Positions 49,747-64,000 of a DNA stretch of 64,000 nucleotides are shown one piece after another. The notes under the pieces were generated by a model. It was not told where the DNA came from, made no database searches, and worked only from the letters and a program-made list of their open reading frames with translations. The stretch's first letter is position 1. Each line of letters begins with the position of its first letter. Position numbers and translations under genes: made by a program. The stretch comes from Polymyxa betae A26-41. Taxonomy: Eukaryota > Protista > Endomyxa: Phytomyxea. The stretch spans positions 1 through 64,000 of the forward strand of contig RBZT01000632.1 of the NCBI GenBank assembly GCA_003693705.1, written 5' to 3'.

Positions 49747-49994
49747 CGTCTCTCATTCTTTCAATATCACTGTTTGCCTTGTATTTCTTACTCCGACGTC
49801 CATTGAATTCTATGGGTTTCATTCATTCGAAGTTTAAGAGCAGCTCGTGAGCATTCGGTGAGCGTAGTACCAAAACCTCACAATCCCCCAAAGTTTCTGG
49901 CGGCTCAAGTTTTAGATAAAAGCAACTTATTGATGCCCCAGCAGCATCGAACATCCAGATGTCAATGCAATGTTTTTAATGAATAGATAGAAGA

Positions 49995-52226
49995 TCAGAA
50001 AGCTGACGATTTGACATTATCGATGTCATATTGTTGAACGATTGTCTCCAGGGATGTTCGGCACGCGATTTGGGCACCAAGTTTGATACAAGCGAGATAG
50101 AATCCGGAAAGCTGCAAAACAGAGCTCAATGAGGCATTTCAAATGGTGCTGTTAAAAAAGCTTACCTTGCGATGCAAGGCGTAGGCCTCAATCGGGGGTG
50201 GCGTCAGCCGATGTTCAACCATGACCTTAGCTAAGTTAGAGAGACGAGCAGGAACCGATGACAAAGCGAAATTGTAGCTGAATCAAACGTTAGGAGCGGT
50301 AAAATTTTCAAGAAAGATCTAGATACGTCTCAGTGCGGAATGGCTCTCCAACGACAAAAGCGCTTTCGACATGAGCATCAAGCATGAGCTTGGACTCTTG
50401 GCCTAACAGATCATCAATTCTTACCTCTTTAAAATCACAAATTAAGAATAAAAAATTCACCTGTTAAAAATCCCAGAGCGATCGAGTGTTTGATAACAGC
50501 ATCTCGATCCATGTTGGCGCAAGCCCAAACCATTGACAAATAGTGTCGGATGAAGCCCTCATCGTATTGCGAACAGGAACCGAAATCCAATAAGTATATA
50601 ACGTCAAGATGGGGATTGTAGCTGATTGAAGGAAGAATGAGAACACCACCAAATACAGCATTCTCCGTTTACAGGAAGTTAGCCCAGTTCGGGTCGGTCT
50701 GCATAAATCGAAACTTAAACAGCTCGTGCAAGCACAATCGCAGCAAACGCTCAGCGATTGCAATGCGGCGTTCAAGCGACATCGTTTTGACGTGATCCAA
50801 CTCGACTCCATTGACAAACTCTAACAAAAAAATGAGCGAAACATTGTGAATGAGAAGATCACGCGCGCAAACCCGAAGTTAGAATTCGCTTTGACGACAA
50901 TTCATCGTAGACCTTCGGAATGTAAAAATCGTGATCTTGGATCAATAGTTCTTTGAATCGTTTCTGATTTGCAGCCTCTATCGTATAGTCACATTCGCGA
51001 GATAGTTCGTCATGTGCCACTTTCAGCAACTGATCCATATAAAGACCTTCAAAAATAGTGGGCACACGCAATAGGCAGTAGAAGAATGGCAAACCTTTCG
51101 GGAAGACATTTGTGTATTGAAGAATTCGCTTCACATTGAGAAGATCACTCTTAATAGAGGTAGCAACGCCTACAAAACAATCTGTATACGAAGGATAACG
51201 TGGATAAACACAGACCTGGATATTGCACTTTCATTGCGACCTGCTCTCCCGTCTTCAAAGTGACCCGATGAACTTGCCCAATAGAGGCTGCCGCTACTGG
51301 CGTATAATCGAAAGAGCCAAGTTTAGATTCCCAATCTGACTGAATCAGCGGAGGCAATCTGCAATGAGAAAAGCGAACCTTCTCCCAGGTCCTCCCTCAG
51401 AACCGATAGCAATTGACCTCTTGGCATCATATTTGCAGACGAACGCACTCGATCCAGGATTTTCTGAGGCCATCGTCAAAACAAAGTTCCGAAATTGTTA
51501 AAATAACAGTGCCTGGAAGTCAGGAGGAACTAAACTTTCGTCCTGAATGCTCAGCATTTGGCCCAACTTTAAAGCTGCGCCTCTCATACGGCACAGCCCT
51601 GCGGTTAACCGCTCTGCATTTGCGGCTGTGAGGAAAGGGGAGCCTAAACTATCAATTGAGAGAGCCGGCAGCGAATCCGTTGAGCCAAAGTGCTCACAGC
51701 AAAACGATAGAGCAAACGTTTGAAAATAAACTGATTGCAAAAATCGATATGAAGACCTTGAGCAGGCTTCGCCTCGGGAGATAATGGCGAAACAATTCGT
51801 CGAGCAGCTTCCGAGACGGCGCCCATGGCTAATGACATCGATAAACCGCCAAACTGCAATATCCTTTCAACAGGGCTGGATGGAACACGATTCTCGACCA
51901 GCGGATCGCTCGATGACGATCGCGTCAGCTTCTGCAGGTCGTTCTCTCCAAAGACATCGGGAAATCTTCAGACAACAGACAAAGATTCAACTTTCGATCA
52001 TTCTTCACCATCGTCATACAAAAAAGTTTTATTAAACTTACTGAGGACGGGATAGAGGTTGGGGCGTTTGATCGCTTTCAGGAGCTGGATCAGAAGATGG
52101 CCCTCGTGGAACGGATGTGGTGATCTTCTGCAAAGCCGACTTTGTACAATGTTCCCAGACTTCGCTGGCGACCAGAGCGGCGCCGGACGCCACTTTTAGA
52201 GTCGATTGCAAAGGACTCGGCTTCAT
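49995..52226 (-). CDS. COQ8: ABC1/UbiB atypical kinase COQ8
   Basis: [80 protein letters not shown]. Confidence 0.93.
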
Positions 52227-53158
52227 AGCAAAGAATGGCGAGCTACAGAGCCAAACCCACCAATACAATTGTGCGGAGAGGATCGCAATCAACCGGTCGC
52301 AACAGAGAGACAAATTTTGTGTAGGTTCAGGTAGCATTCAGGTACCAGTGATTTCAACAGCTTCGCTAAGCGTTTGTTAAATTCATCGCTAAGATAGTTC
52401 TACAAAGGATCAAGCCAGTGCGAACTCGAGCCGTAAATGAGGCCAACATAGCGATCAAGAACCGCTCGAATAACCATCTCGAAATCAGCAATGTATCACA
52501 GCCTAGTGCCACGACAAGTCTTAGTTGGTTATTGTAAGACGGCTTCTGCAAGAACCACGTAATGATCAAGACTGTTGGTCTTAGCTTGCATCAACATGAC
52601 AAATGTAGAATATCGCTGACCTGTACTACAATTCTTCCGGAAATCGAGAAAACGAAGGCATAGTCGAGCTTCGGTAGCAATCGAAAGTGATGGTTTGCCC
52701 CAATTTGTTGTTGAATCCGTCTTTCAATAGTCACTTCATCTGAGTAAGGAGGACGAGGGCAGACAAGGAACAGCAATGAAGTGCTCGGCAGGGCTGAGAG
52801 AGAAACCTGTTCTGAAAAAAATTGATCGTATTGGGAGACAGCTTACTGCCAAACAAAATTGTCAAAGATACTCGTTGATAATCTGGGATTAATCCATATT
52901 GCAGCGATTTACAGGTGGTCTCCCACCAAGAGGTTGTTGAGGCGATTGCAAGTTCTGAGGGCGATTGCGGTTGTTGTTGAAGATGCTTTATAATGTTTCC
53001 GACTCAGCGTCAATAAAATTACAGGAAAACGTCATGGGAGGAAAGTCGCCAGATGCGACAATAGAAAACGTATAAACGACAGTTTCAAATACTAGCAGTC
53101 TTTAACTCTCGTTGAAAACAAGTGATCGATCTTTGCCTATAATAGAGGGAGTGAAGAA

Positions 53159-56100
53159 TGGGCGCGAAACTCATTGCGCTCTTGCCCAATCTTCGTCCGT
53201 CTTCATCGACTTCGCCCAATGGCAGTCATTGTCCCAGGGCGTACACGTAGATCTTCACCGATTAATGACGAGTCTGCCTACAAGTGCCCACGAATCGATC
53301 CGTAATGATTAGACAACGACTTATAATCGAGTCTGAATTTTTGCCCAGTCCAAAACGCGGTCGTAAAAGTAGTCGTCATGCACGAAGATCCAGTGCAGAT
53401 GATGCTGGTTTGGTCGCCAGACGCATCGCTAGTGAAACTATCGATGCTGCTTTGACCTGCCTGGAGCAGCTTCTGCAAGAGATCCCGGCCGATGTGGCTT
53501 TTCGGTTTGCCGAATACGCCTGGATGTTTGCCACCTGTTCCTGCCGCCTTCCACCGCCATTCAATGAGAGAACGAAAGCTTCAGCTTTCCGCCTTTTGTC
53601 ATTATGGCAGCATGTAAGCCATCAAGCCGTTTTATCCGACTCTTATAGTGAGCTTCCTTCCAGTACAGGCAGCGTACTTCTGACACGTATCTTGAAGACC
53701 TCTATGCTTTTAAGACTTTCTCAATCGTTGGATTTGAATCCGATGTTGAGTTTCAAGCGCATAGCAACGTTTACAAGCGCTGGAGAGCGTATTTGTCTAT
53801 GAGTCTTATCAGATGGTTTATTTAGTTTCGATAGGCGCCCCCATCCTGAGCTTCTCGATGAAGACGATACGAGATACGGCCGCTGGGATCGCTTCCTTGA
53901 GAACGCTCTGGATGTTTGGGCAACTCAAGGCCTTAAACCTGACGATGATGGGCGCATTTGGTCCTATATCAAACGTTGGGAAAGTCGCCTGTACCAGGTA
54001 CGACTTTTGCCAAAGCGTTCAGCTCATTACTCTCTGTCATTCCCCCGAGATAGCTTTCTTAGCTATTCTATAGGCTGTATACGACATGCGCCCTCGATTG
54101 GCACAAGAAAATTTTCCGCTTAATCACTCTTTGTCGCTTGTTCAAGCGCTCTCCTATTTCGTGCTCATATTGACCGAATACGGAACCAAAATGGCTTCAC
54201 CCGAACACGCCGACTACATCAGTAAGCGATATTATCAGGCGCTTAATCGAGTGGCGTCATTGTACGTAGTGTAGCTGCCTATGTCGATGATCTAAGTACT
54301 TAGTTGATAGATACGAGGTTGATGTTTCGCTCGATAATAATAATTGGCTGGATAGATCACTGCCGATTATGCAGCTGGTATTCGCATCTTACCTGCTGCA
54401 AAAGCCGGTGCGCCTTTTATCTCGGTTCTTCGCTTTATGCTCTTATATCAAAATTCTAGTTGAATCCGTCGCTCGAGCAAGCGCTGAATGAGGCGCTGAC
54501 GTCGGGCGTCCCCGTCCCAGGCTTGTTCCACCATCCAGATGAATGGACGTACTTTGCTCGGCTCGACCGGGTTTATTGCTGCATCCTCGCTATGGCTTGC
54601 TGGTCCGGGCTGATCCTACCGGCAGAAACGTCGCCCTGTTTGTTGGCCCATCTCAACAGCAATCGCAATACGGTTTGTTGTCAATGTCCAAAAGCCCCCT
54701 AAAAACCTTCACTGAGCTTATTCAGCATCGTAACACTCCTGAGCCCACCGGCACCGGACGATCATCATCCAGAGCAGCACGACGCTCATCTGGTTGCAAG
54801 TAAGCATCGTTGTGGATTTGCTCAACTTGAAATTATTTACTGTTTTCGAAGACTGCCGTCATCCACTGAGAGTAAAGCCGCCGTTGATGCTCTCGTTCGG
54901 ACTAAAGGTCCGGTCCAGGAAAAGAAAGTCTTCGCCCAAAACAATGACTTTTCTATCCATACTGCTGTTGCCAGCCACGAATCTGTTCAGAGCGGTGAAA
55001 GCTCCAACAAGGTCAGCATTGTTCAGGACAACGATTCCGCTCCCAGCAACGATTTTGTTGTTCAGAACGATCTCGACTTCGACAAAGACGCCATCCTGAG
55101 TCACGATAACGACTTTCAGGGCAATGATTCTGTACAGAATCACGACGCTGCTCTCAGGGATAACGTGATTCAAAACAATGATGCCGCTCTCAATCAAGAA
55201 GCTGTAGTCAACAACAAGGCTGAACCTGCCGTCGATAACGATCCTTATCAGAAGCAGCGTCTATTTTATCGTGATCGGTCTTTGATGCCAGCGCGGCGAA
55301 TCTCGAGGTTCGCCTTCACGTCCTTCGATCACGTTCCGATGGTGGGCACAAGATATCAAGTTGCAATCTCTTAATTCGATTTAGGAATATGACGCTCGTT
55401 GTCAAAATGGGATCGTCGTGCTTCCTGGATTGCTTCGGGACTTCATAGCAAGCAATGAAGTTTACGGTTTGTGACGTCCTTATCTCATAAGCAGCTCGCA
55501 TTAAACTGGCTAATTAGGCCGCATCGTTGGCAATTGTGAGAGACTGTCTCAGGGTTTTACTGTATGGCTATCGAACAAACAGAACATTGAACCAGCCGAT
55601 TGTCAGCGTTGTTCTTAATCCTTGATTCTCGATATTAACGTGCTATTGCTAGCTATGTATCGTTCCGATACTTGGGACGACGTTTTACTTTACAGAGGAA
55701 TTCATGAGTATATTCTCCCGCTGCTAATATCGAAATTGGGCCCGCTTGCCATGGTCAAGGATGCCAACGGAAATGAGCTGAGAACGGTTCGCGTTTGTAT
55801 GCGATCCAAAGGTGCGGAAGGTGGATTTCTGTTTGTGCCATCGTTGACGTATCGATGTCAGGCGAATCCGACCACAGACACAGAGATATGGGATTCTACG
55901 AGGAGAATCTGCCGCAGTTGAACGGCATCGCCTACCGGCTATATACCGTCTGGATGTTGCTATCCAATAATACTTCCAGGTCGGAATCGTTTCAATTCGC
56001 CCAATCATGCATTGCGCAATTCGATTTATTGTTCGTTGTCAGGTCGCCGTTGACATTTATAGACGGCTCCGGTTGCTCGCATGATGGCCCAAGTAATGGT

Positions 56101-56240
56101 GGAGATGTTGTCGTTTACAGTAGCTGCATTCAGCTTGAGGTCGGCGATGTTTTCTGATATCGGCTTGATGGTTATGTTGGTTTCAGGCGCGTCCGGTTCC
56201 GGACGGACGATGGGTCTCTGTCGATTTCGGCATCTTAGTT
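53159..56240 (+). CDS. Hypothetical large multi-exon protein
   Basis: A series of + ORFs joined by GT-AG gaps, with an Asp/Asn/Gln-rich low-complexity stretch at ~54900-55240; no family recognised. Confidence 0.45.
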
Positions 56241-57280
56241 AAAGATAAATCGTATTGAACTCTTGGTCGGTGATATCCGTGCTTGGAAAATTTGTTGCTA
56301 ATTTGGATTTAGGTTGAAGGAATTACTTTAAATATCAATTATTAATATAGGTGTTTGCAGTTATATATTAATGATCCTCACTTAATAACTCGTGCCGCTA
56401 TATGCAAGGGCTATCCTATCGTTTCCAGGCGCTGCTTTTGCAATGGCGCTTGAGCGGTTCCGGTTTTGCTATTACGCCAAGTTGGGAATTGCCTTGTACT
56501 GAAATGTTTTGGCGATTATCACTCGCTGTCCACGTCTTTCACCATCTTCACAATGCGGAACACTCCAATCGTGAACTTCTCGCAGTCTGTTTACGCCAAT
56601 CTGTACGATTCAGTTCTTGCTCGCTGTACCAGCGACATTAGTACCTCTCGCACACTATTTCTACTTCAAAGGCTGATGTCATGGTCTTTCACTGTTAGCC
56701 AGCGCGTCCTAAGCAGCAAACTGAACCTGTTCGGGGTGATTTTCTGTATGTAAGTCCAAGCGGTATCAAGAGAGCCACATCAGGACTATGCCTGCTGTTT
56801 TGCCACCTTGAATATGTAGTGCCTTCGAACCTCTGTAAGAGGGCTCAGTTGATGGTAAGGTTTCGTTTGCTCCGGGCATCTAACAGCAACGCCAAAATTG
56901 AACGTTTCAAGGTTTAATAGTTGCGGCTGAGGTCGAGATCCATCAAGTATACATACTGGACCAGTGCAAGCTAGTTCGCACCTGTTGAATCTTCGTTCTA
57001 ACGAAATGAAGTGTTTCACAACAAACACTGGAAAGCAGGACGCAGATGATCATCGCTCTGGCAAGTGTTCCATCCGTGATCTCTGGTTATATCGTTGTTG
57101 TACCACTGCGAGAGCAAGGAAAACCATGCAGCCAACGTTTTAGATTCAGACAATACGATTTGGTATCAATTGTACCGAAGATTCGATCGAGCAAAGCTCG
57201 CGCTCAGCGATTCAAAATCTCGGAGAGCCACGCGCAGCAACATTTATTGCCAAATATCGTTGTCGTCTTCAGAAGCCGAT

Positions 57281-57874
57281 ATGAACGACAGGGCGAACAA
57301 CCCGTTCGACTTGATCTCGCAGGAGATCGGCATAAGCCTGCCGTCTAGTATGTTGCGTTTAATTTGCAGGCTGTTGCTGAAAGAATAACGTCATTCAGCG
57401 ATAGGCTTTGGTGTACAACATCCATATGGCTTCACACGAGCTCCTAATGTAGTGCCTATGGATATGATCCCAGATTTACCACCGATGCCAATGCCACATA
57501 ATGGAGGCATTCACCAGATCATCCATGGATCTGTGCCTAAAAGGGGAAAATCGGGTCAGACTAGGAAAGGCGATATGGAGCGTATCGAGAAGAGGCGAAA
57601 GAGGGAGCGTGAAGCTGCTGCCCGATCTCGCCAAAGAAAAATGGAGTTAATTAACACGTTGGAAGCTAAAGTAGCGATGATGAAAGACGAGATTCAGCAG
57701 CTGAAACTGCAAGTAATTCGGTTAGGCGGTGTCCCTGAAACCGGGACCGCCGGGCTCGATTTCAACAATGCCGATATGAAGAAAATCAAGACGATACATA
57801 TTCAGGAAGACGCCGACCAGCAGATGAGCAGCAGCAATTCGTCGCCGATCTCGCAGGCAAAATCTCGTAAATAG
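57281..57874 (+). CDS. bZIP transcription factor (atypical basic region)
   Basis: RIEKRRKREREAAARSRQRKMELINTLEAKVAMMKDEIQQLKLQV, a basic region plus heptad zipper. First exon (57281) inferred. Confidence 0.85.
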
Positions 57875-58386
57875 ACCCCTGCAGAGGATGGGAGCTCCAT
57901 TGTATCTGATTTACAATAAACTGAAACCTGATACATACAGCACAACTGTCGTGTAATGTTACCTCCAGCTTGGCGGTTTCAAGATTCGAGAACCACCTGT
58001 AAGAGATTCGGGTCAAATCAGGCAACTCTATTCCCCATATTTTGCCATTTTTTATAAAACCTCCTCGCATCGAATGCCACTTAGAAATGCAGTCTCACTC
58101 AAATCTTCAACATCTACTGATGCAAGCTTCCATATCTCTGCAAACCTAATCATACCACATCTCTTCTGACCTCATTGAAATGAAAGTTGATTGTTACAGA
58201 CAGCGGCCTCCTCCATAGTCAGAGCTCCCGCTCATTTCAATGTTCATTTATCTTCATATCAACACCAGCGTCTATAATGACGATTTGATTTCGGCGGGGT
58301 GGGCGGCACAACCTATTTCTAGATTTCGGAAAATAATTCAGCGCATCTCTAATCAGAGCTGATGTGTGTCGTTCGGTTTGGTTCGC

Positions 58387-61383
58387 ATGAAGCGATATGA
58401 ACGGATGAAGAGGCGGCAGGAGCAATTGAAAGTGGAAAGGGAGCGCGCTGAACAGGAGGACAATGAGAAATATGATTGCGATGAGGCCATCCGAATAAGA
58501 TCGCGGGTGGTAGGCATTCGCCACCGTAAATCCCAAGTCACTTCCATATTTGTTGAGAAAGCTTGGTCTCTGTTTCCCATAAAAGTCCAGCGTAAATTCG
58601 ACAATCAGCTAGATCCAAATGCGATAGCTGTTTTTGTCGATCGCAATGTTGAGGACATTAGGGATGCCGATATCGAAGAAGGTCGTCTCCTGCCCTATAC
58701 TGAATCGTTCCATTCTCTTAGATTCTTATGCTATGCAGATTTGTTGGGATATCTTCCAGCATCGTTCTGTATGCTGCTGTCCCCGCGCTTGGATTTAAAA
58801 AAGCTTCATATCCAGTCTGCGAAATTACTGGAATTTGACTCGAGCTTGAAGGTCAGATCATCTCTTGATTGTCTGGTTTCAGACTGTGATTCTTTGTAGA
58901 CTGTTCCTTCGAGTTTGGACATCTCACTTGAGATCTGTGGCGATTTGTCAGATAATGCTCGCTTAGCTTTAGAAGAAGCTGCTCTTGGGGACCTCAGCAG
59001 GCAGCATTTCACTCAAGTGCTCAAAAAAGCTCAAAATCGGTTTGTTTCTACGGATCTAATTACTGAAGAAGAGCTTCAATCAGCTTCGCTTTACATCTCT
59101 TTGCCATTTCAAGGTCAATCCTTGTACATCAAGTTGTTACAGCGGAAGTCGTCGTGGTTCATTTACTCGGAAGAAATAGACAGATCTGCACTAGGTCAGT
59201 GTCTTAAAACGTAGAAGCTGAAATTTTTACGATGCTTCAGATCCGCTATTGGAGAGATCATCTATGATTGAAGACAAAACTATCCCTTTAGACCAACGAC
59301 GAGAAATTCTAACGTCGTTACTGTCATCCTTGACAGCTGCTGAGCTTAGAGCTCTTTATAAACGCTGCGTCAATAACTCCAATGGAAAAGGAGATAAATC
59401 TGTACGGTGATGAAACTTAATTCTACGACTCAAATGAACTGATGCAATGCAGGAGATTTTGAACAAGCTGATGCGCTATTTGTTCTGCCAGCGTTGTATT
59501 GATGGATCGCCGTATTTCACCAGTCCTTTATTTGTTAAAAATTTTCGTGAATGCTGCTCAAAACGTTGCCGGCTATCCTCAACGCATCTGCAAGCGCTGT
59601 TCCGCGTCTATCGCTTAGAGACTCTTAACTTCGATTCTGATTTGTTATCTGTACGTTCTGGCTGGAACGAATCTCAATTGCTCTCATTTTGACCGCAGAT
59701 GGAAAGAATATCGAATTTAAAGCTGGTCAAATTCGTGCCGACGTCCTTATCTTCTGTTACTCCTTTTTCGTGTCGCCAGCAATTTTTGTAATTTACATCT
59801 TGTTTATTCACATAGTTGAATTGTAATATTGGCATTATAGGGAACTGGAGTCGGCACTTGAGCTGTTGTCAACATGTGAAGCTTCCTTAAATGATAAACA
59901 TTACGCATCTGCTGCTAAATTCCTTCCAGTAGTTCGATCAAAGTTGACTGCTATTGTAAGATCCCTATAATCTGTGACCAATATCCTTTCATGTTCCTCA
60001 GGAAGAGATAAACGCCCCTACATTTTGGCTTCAGTTCCATCCTGCCACAATTTATTGTTCAGCGATGTACCTCTCAGTTAAGGCACTACAAAAAATGCAG
60101 CAATATGAAGACGCTGTTAATGAATTCATGTTCCTGTTAAATGATGTTCCGGTACGTCATTTCAAATTCCGTTTTGCCTATCTAAAGCTAGTCTTCAGTC
60201 GCTCCTATTAACAGGAAGGCGTCGCGGGAAATGCTGGGCTCGCCTGCTGCTCATTTTAGACGTACATTTGAAACAGCGAGAATTGGCCTTGTCTCTTTGC
60301 CAAATTGCACTCTGCGATTGCACTGTTGATTCCGGTGCAAAGATTGCTTTACAGGATCGCGCTCTTCGCTTGTTGAAGCGTGAGAGTGAGCTCGAACTGC
60401 CCACTTATTTAGCTGCTGTTTCCCTTCCTACAGATGTTCCGTCAGAAACCATTGTTGGGCGACCTCTTAACAGTAAGACAGCTGAGAGATCGCGATTCTT
60501 TGGTTATGATGATGAAGTGGTTTCTGTTGAGGAGCTAGGTAATATGAATGTTTAATTATAAGTAATGGAGAGTAACATTCCTGTTCGTAGCGCTTCAGTA
60601 TTTTGCAAAAGATGGCTGGCAAGGCTTCCATGACGAAGGTATTCAGAACCCTGGTTGCAATCGAAAGTTAGCACCTGATAGATGCTGTCTAGGATGTCTA
60701 ATACGTACTCTCTTTGGACTGATTATGTGGGATATCATCTGGCGCCAAGACATTCCAAGCGTATTCATGGCTTCGTATCAGGATGCGCCTCTTGATCTCG
60801 GTACCATCCAATTCTATGTGGTACGCAAAGACGACATTGAGAATCGCCTTCAAGACATTCAGGGTAATAACGGTTGCTATGTCAGTTATGCATCTTCTGG
60901 TTCTCTGCCTATCCGTTTCGCTGCTCTTCCGTGCTCAGTTGACTAATGTCGATGCTAGGTAACATGGATTTTGAGGCTGAATTGACTGAAGTGTGGATTC
61001 ATCACGCTGGAGAATGCTGTCGCGGTGTAGCTTGGAATCGGTGGACTCTCGAGCAATTGGTTCTTCTTTGCGCTTGCATAAATCGGGCTTCGCTGGCTGC
61101 TGTTTTCCGACTCCTTGCTATGAATTATTCGGCTTGGACTGGGGGGTTGCCTGATCTTGCAATTTATCATCCAGAGCGAAAGCAGTTCCGATTGGTCGAA
61201 GTCAAGGTACTTCCCGGCTTAAAACACGTTTTGGATGAAAATGAAAAACGTCTTCAGGGTCCCAATGATAGGCTCTCAGATCAGCAGAGGGCATGGCTCA
61301 CAAGGTTACATAGATTCGGATTCGATTCGTCTGTTCTGAAGGTAAAGCCTCCTGATAAGAAGGCCAAAAAACGTACAACATAG
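58387..61383 (+). CDS. FAN1: Fanconi-associated nuclease 1 (HIRAN + TPR + VRR-NUC)
   Basis: HIRAN-like RVVGIRH..DPNAIAV..LLGYLP; LYIKLLQRKSSW; RRGKCWARL; SVEEL; QDAPLDL; GGLPDL..VEVK|GPNDRLSDQQRAWL. Confidence 0.92.
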
Positions 61384-61727
61384 AAACCGTTTCTGTCAAG
61401 ATTTCCGAATCGGAATCCATTTCCGATGTTGTTTTCGTCAATGGATACTATTGCAAATCGACACCTCGTTGTCATGACCTACCGTGATATACATTGATCA
61501 TTGACAATATTTCACCGAGCTAGGCCGATTGACAAGTTTGTTGCTTATCATGTAATCTGACTCGACCAATGTTGCCTGAAGCAGTCCCCAAGTTAATGCT
61601 CTTTGTCGATGGGCACCAATAAATCATGGGCCTAAACACACATTTTGTCTGATTCGGCAATGAAAATGTTGGAAAAATGAATGGATATGCCATTATGGAA
61701 CGTTCATCGAATAAATAAATAATTATA

Positions 61728-63420
61728 TTAAACGGTTTTCGATGTTTCTGGAGGCATTCGTCTTCTGCATTTTCTATGACAGCAACAGTAGCACAGAAGT
61801 CTAGCTAGAACCCCAATCGGCGTCCTAATTGGGACGCCAAGAAGCTCGAGCGCAGATAAGAGCTGAATGATCACGAAAACGGTGCAGTAAATCAGGCTGG
61901 GATATTTCTATCGAATCTAAAGATAAATACTTCCAACAAAAAACCCTCTCACCTTCGGATCTGGAAAAACGTTTTCAATCTCGATCTGCGTAATGCCCAG
62001 CAGTGATGTCACGACAGGTAAGTTTGAGCAAAGAAGGAGTATAAAGGTATTCCTTGCCAATAAATATTGGATAGGAGACCTCGTATGCCCATATAATCCT
62101 GCAACCCATTTGAATGAGGAACTGTCGAAGGCAGCACTTCCAACAACAGCAAGGAGGTAAAGAACGAGAGCGACATCAACCAATAGCGACAACAACGGAT
62201 GCAGAGAAACTGACTGCACCGAGAAACGTATTAGATTCAATTTGATCTGAAACCCGAAGAGGCGCCAGACGGCATCCGAAAGTAGTTCTTCGCATTTAAG
62301 AAGAGATCGTATGGTGATTCCAAATGGAAGAACAATGGAGAGGACCAACAAGATTGATGCGACCATATTCCTGGCAAATGTCTGCCAACGGTTACGGCGT
62401 ATAACAGCCAGGGAATGCCCAATCTGAAGTTCGTAGAGCTGTTGCTGAAGACTTTCAAGGGTCACATGATTATAGGAATCGAAAGAATATTTCGGCAGAG
62501 CATCCTGCGGAAGATTTTCGATCTGTTGAAGAACCGATTCCAACGCGAATTCGTACACGGCGATCCGTTCAGGATCACTGCGATGAGTCCATGATTCAAA
62601 CAAGTTGATGGATCCAATGATCATACGACGAAACCCTTCACGAAAGTGAACTAGGAACAGCAGCAAGCCAGGTAACTGAAATGCATAACCGCTTGTGAAA
62701 AACGTTAGACCGAGACGTTGCCCAGTCAGCAAATACTATAACAATTAGCCGTGCGTCCAAAATTGTAACAACAATGACGAACCTGAATTAAGCCCAGCGA
62801 CCCCTGAAACAGAACACTGACCAGTATCTGAACAATTGCTGTCTCAAGGATACGAGACATGAAGCCGCTTTGAGACGCAATCCCTTCCGCTTCCTCATAA
62901 AGATACGCGAATGGAAAAACGACGAAGAAAGCGATGGTCGACGCCCAGGATATCCCGGTCCAAGATGCTGTTTGTAGATATCAGTCAACGACAAATGGTC
63001 ATAAAGAGATCGAGACCTGACACGAAGTCCCGCTCCACCCAGAAGAATAAATAATGGAGCCGAAGACCTGGTGTTGTACAGGCTGCTGCTGAGATCAATA
63101 GCAGCAGCCAGAGGCCAGCTAATGCCAGTACAATGGCACATAGATGGAACCTAACTTCCACTGTGAGAAACTTGATCAGCGAATTCGTGAGCCGCTTACG
63201 GTAGTGAATAAATAGTATGGCCGGGTGCTTTCGGAGAGCCCAGAGCTCCAGTAGCATCAAATTGCTGGTAGACAAGTGCTACCGTATAGGCGAATACAGC
63301 AAACAGAAAAGTAGCCTGTCAAGGAGTCAGCGCATGACCATCGCTGAGGACTGGGCACCAGTCTACGATTGCATAGCGAAGTTGGATGGAGAAGAATTCG
63401 TCGGGGGACACGCCATCCAT
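61728..63420 (-). CDS. LMBR1-like membrane protein
   Basis: LPGLLLFLVHFREGFRRM and SPIQYLLARNTFILLLCSNLPVVTSLLGIT resemble LMBR1/LMBR1L motifs; multiple TMs; several introns. Confidence 0.7.
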
Positions 63421-64000
63421 ACAGTCTGGATCCGCTAACCCAGGATGGAGGCGGGCGGTGACGCCCCGGCAAATCGAATCTGGGCCCGGCAATGGAGAAC
63501 GATCGATCACGCACTCCTAATTACATAGGAACGATTGTATAGAATTGGCGCTCTTATCAATGAGCAATCTGATAGAGAGAGACTCTGATCCGACTTTAGG
63601 AAGAAGATAGACCGGTGAGTACCCCACCACCCCACGACCCCAATTTCTCCTCGTTAGGACCAATTTCTCCTTCTTAGGAGGACTAAGGCCTAGCAGAACT
63701 TGTGAACCAAGTTGATATTGCCCAGGCACCAGCACAAACTGATCATCTCGGCGATTGTTTAGCTATTAGCTGTACACAAGACGATCGGATTGTGAAGGTT
63801 TGAAGAGAGAAACCATCATTCAGAGGCCTGCAATAGATGATTATTTCAAAAGAATAGGTCCCGCGTCAGTAGTCATCTTGTCGCCTCAACGGAACGGAAA
63901 GGGCAATCAATTTGAATCTTATTCTACTTGCAACATTGTTATTATTTGTATGGACATTATCTGATGGTTTAAGTAAAGCATCATGAATTATTGCTCACAC

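Overview
This is compact eukaryotic nuclear DNA: gene-dense, with many ~45-60 nt GT-AG introns and one N-gap at 8289-8436. Flagellar genes and TTTTAGGG-like motifs suggest a flagellated protist, possibly a plasmodiophorid/Rhizarian, but that assignment is only inference. The first ~12 kb is rich in transposon relics: a dead PIF/Harbinger element interrupted by a 209-bp solo LTR, a chromodomain relic, a SNAP-25-like SNARE and orphan ORFs. The remaining genes, in order, are twinfilin, a secreted GH19 chitinase, CEPT, a secreted Thr-rich/His-rich protein, a CAMK-type kinase, a type II PI4-kinase, MATE, an aldo-keto reductase, HAUS4, a very divergent alpha-tubulin, AK7-like, a solitary Gag-like gene, a repeat-built microtubule-inner-protein-like gene, BMT5-like, a PLAT-lipoxygenase, DUF3293-like, an APC permease, COQ8, a bZIP, FAN1 and LMBR1. 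The most striking unexplained pattern is a set of short degenerate telomere-type repeats (T2-4AGGG/CCCTA2-4). They sit inside at least seven small spliceosomal introns of three genes plus one promoter, occur in both orientations, and are confined to a GC-rich 32.6-45.8 kb domain. That domain also carries a run of microtubule/flagellar genes, two of them with altered catalytic residues. All exon boundaries were read by eye and are approximate.
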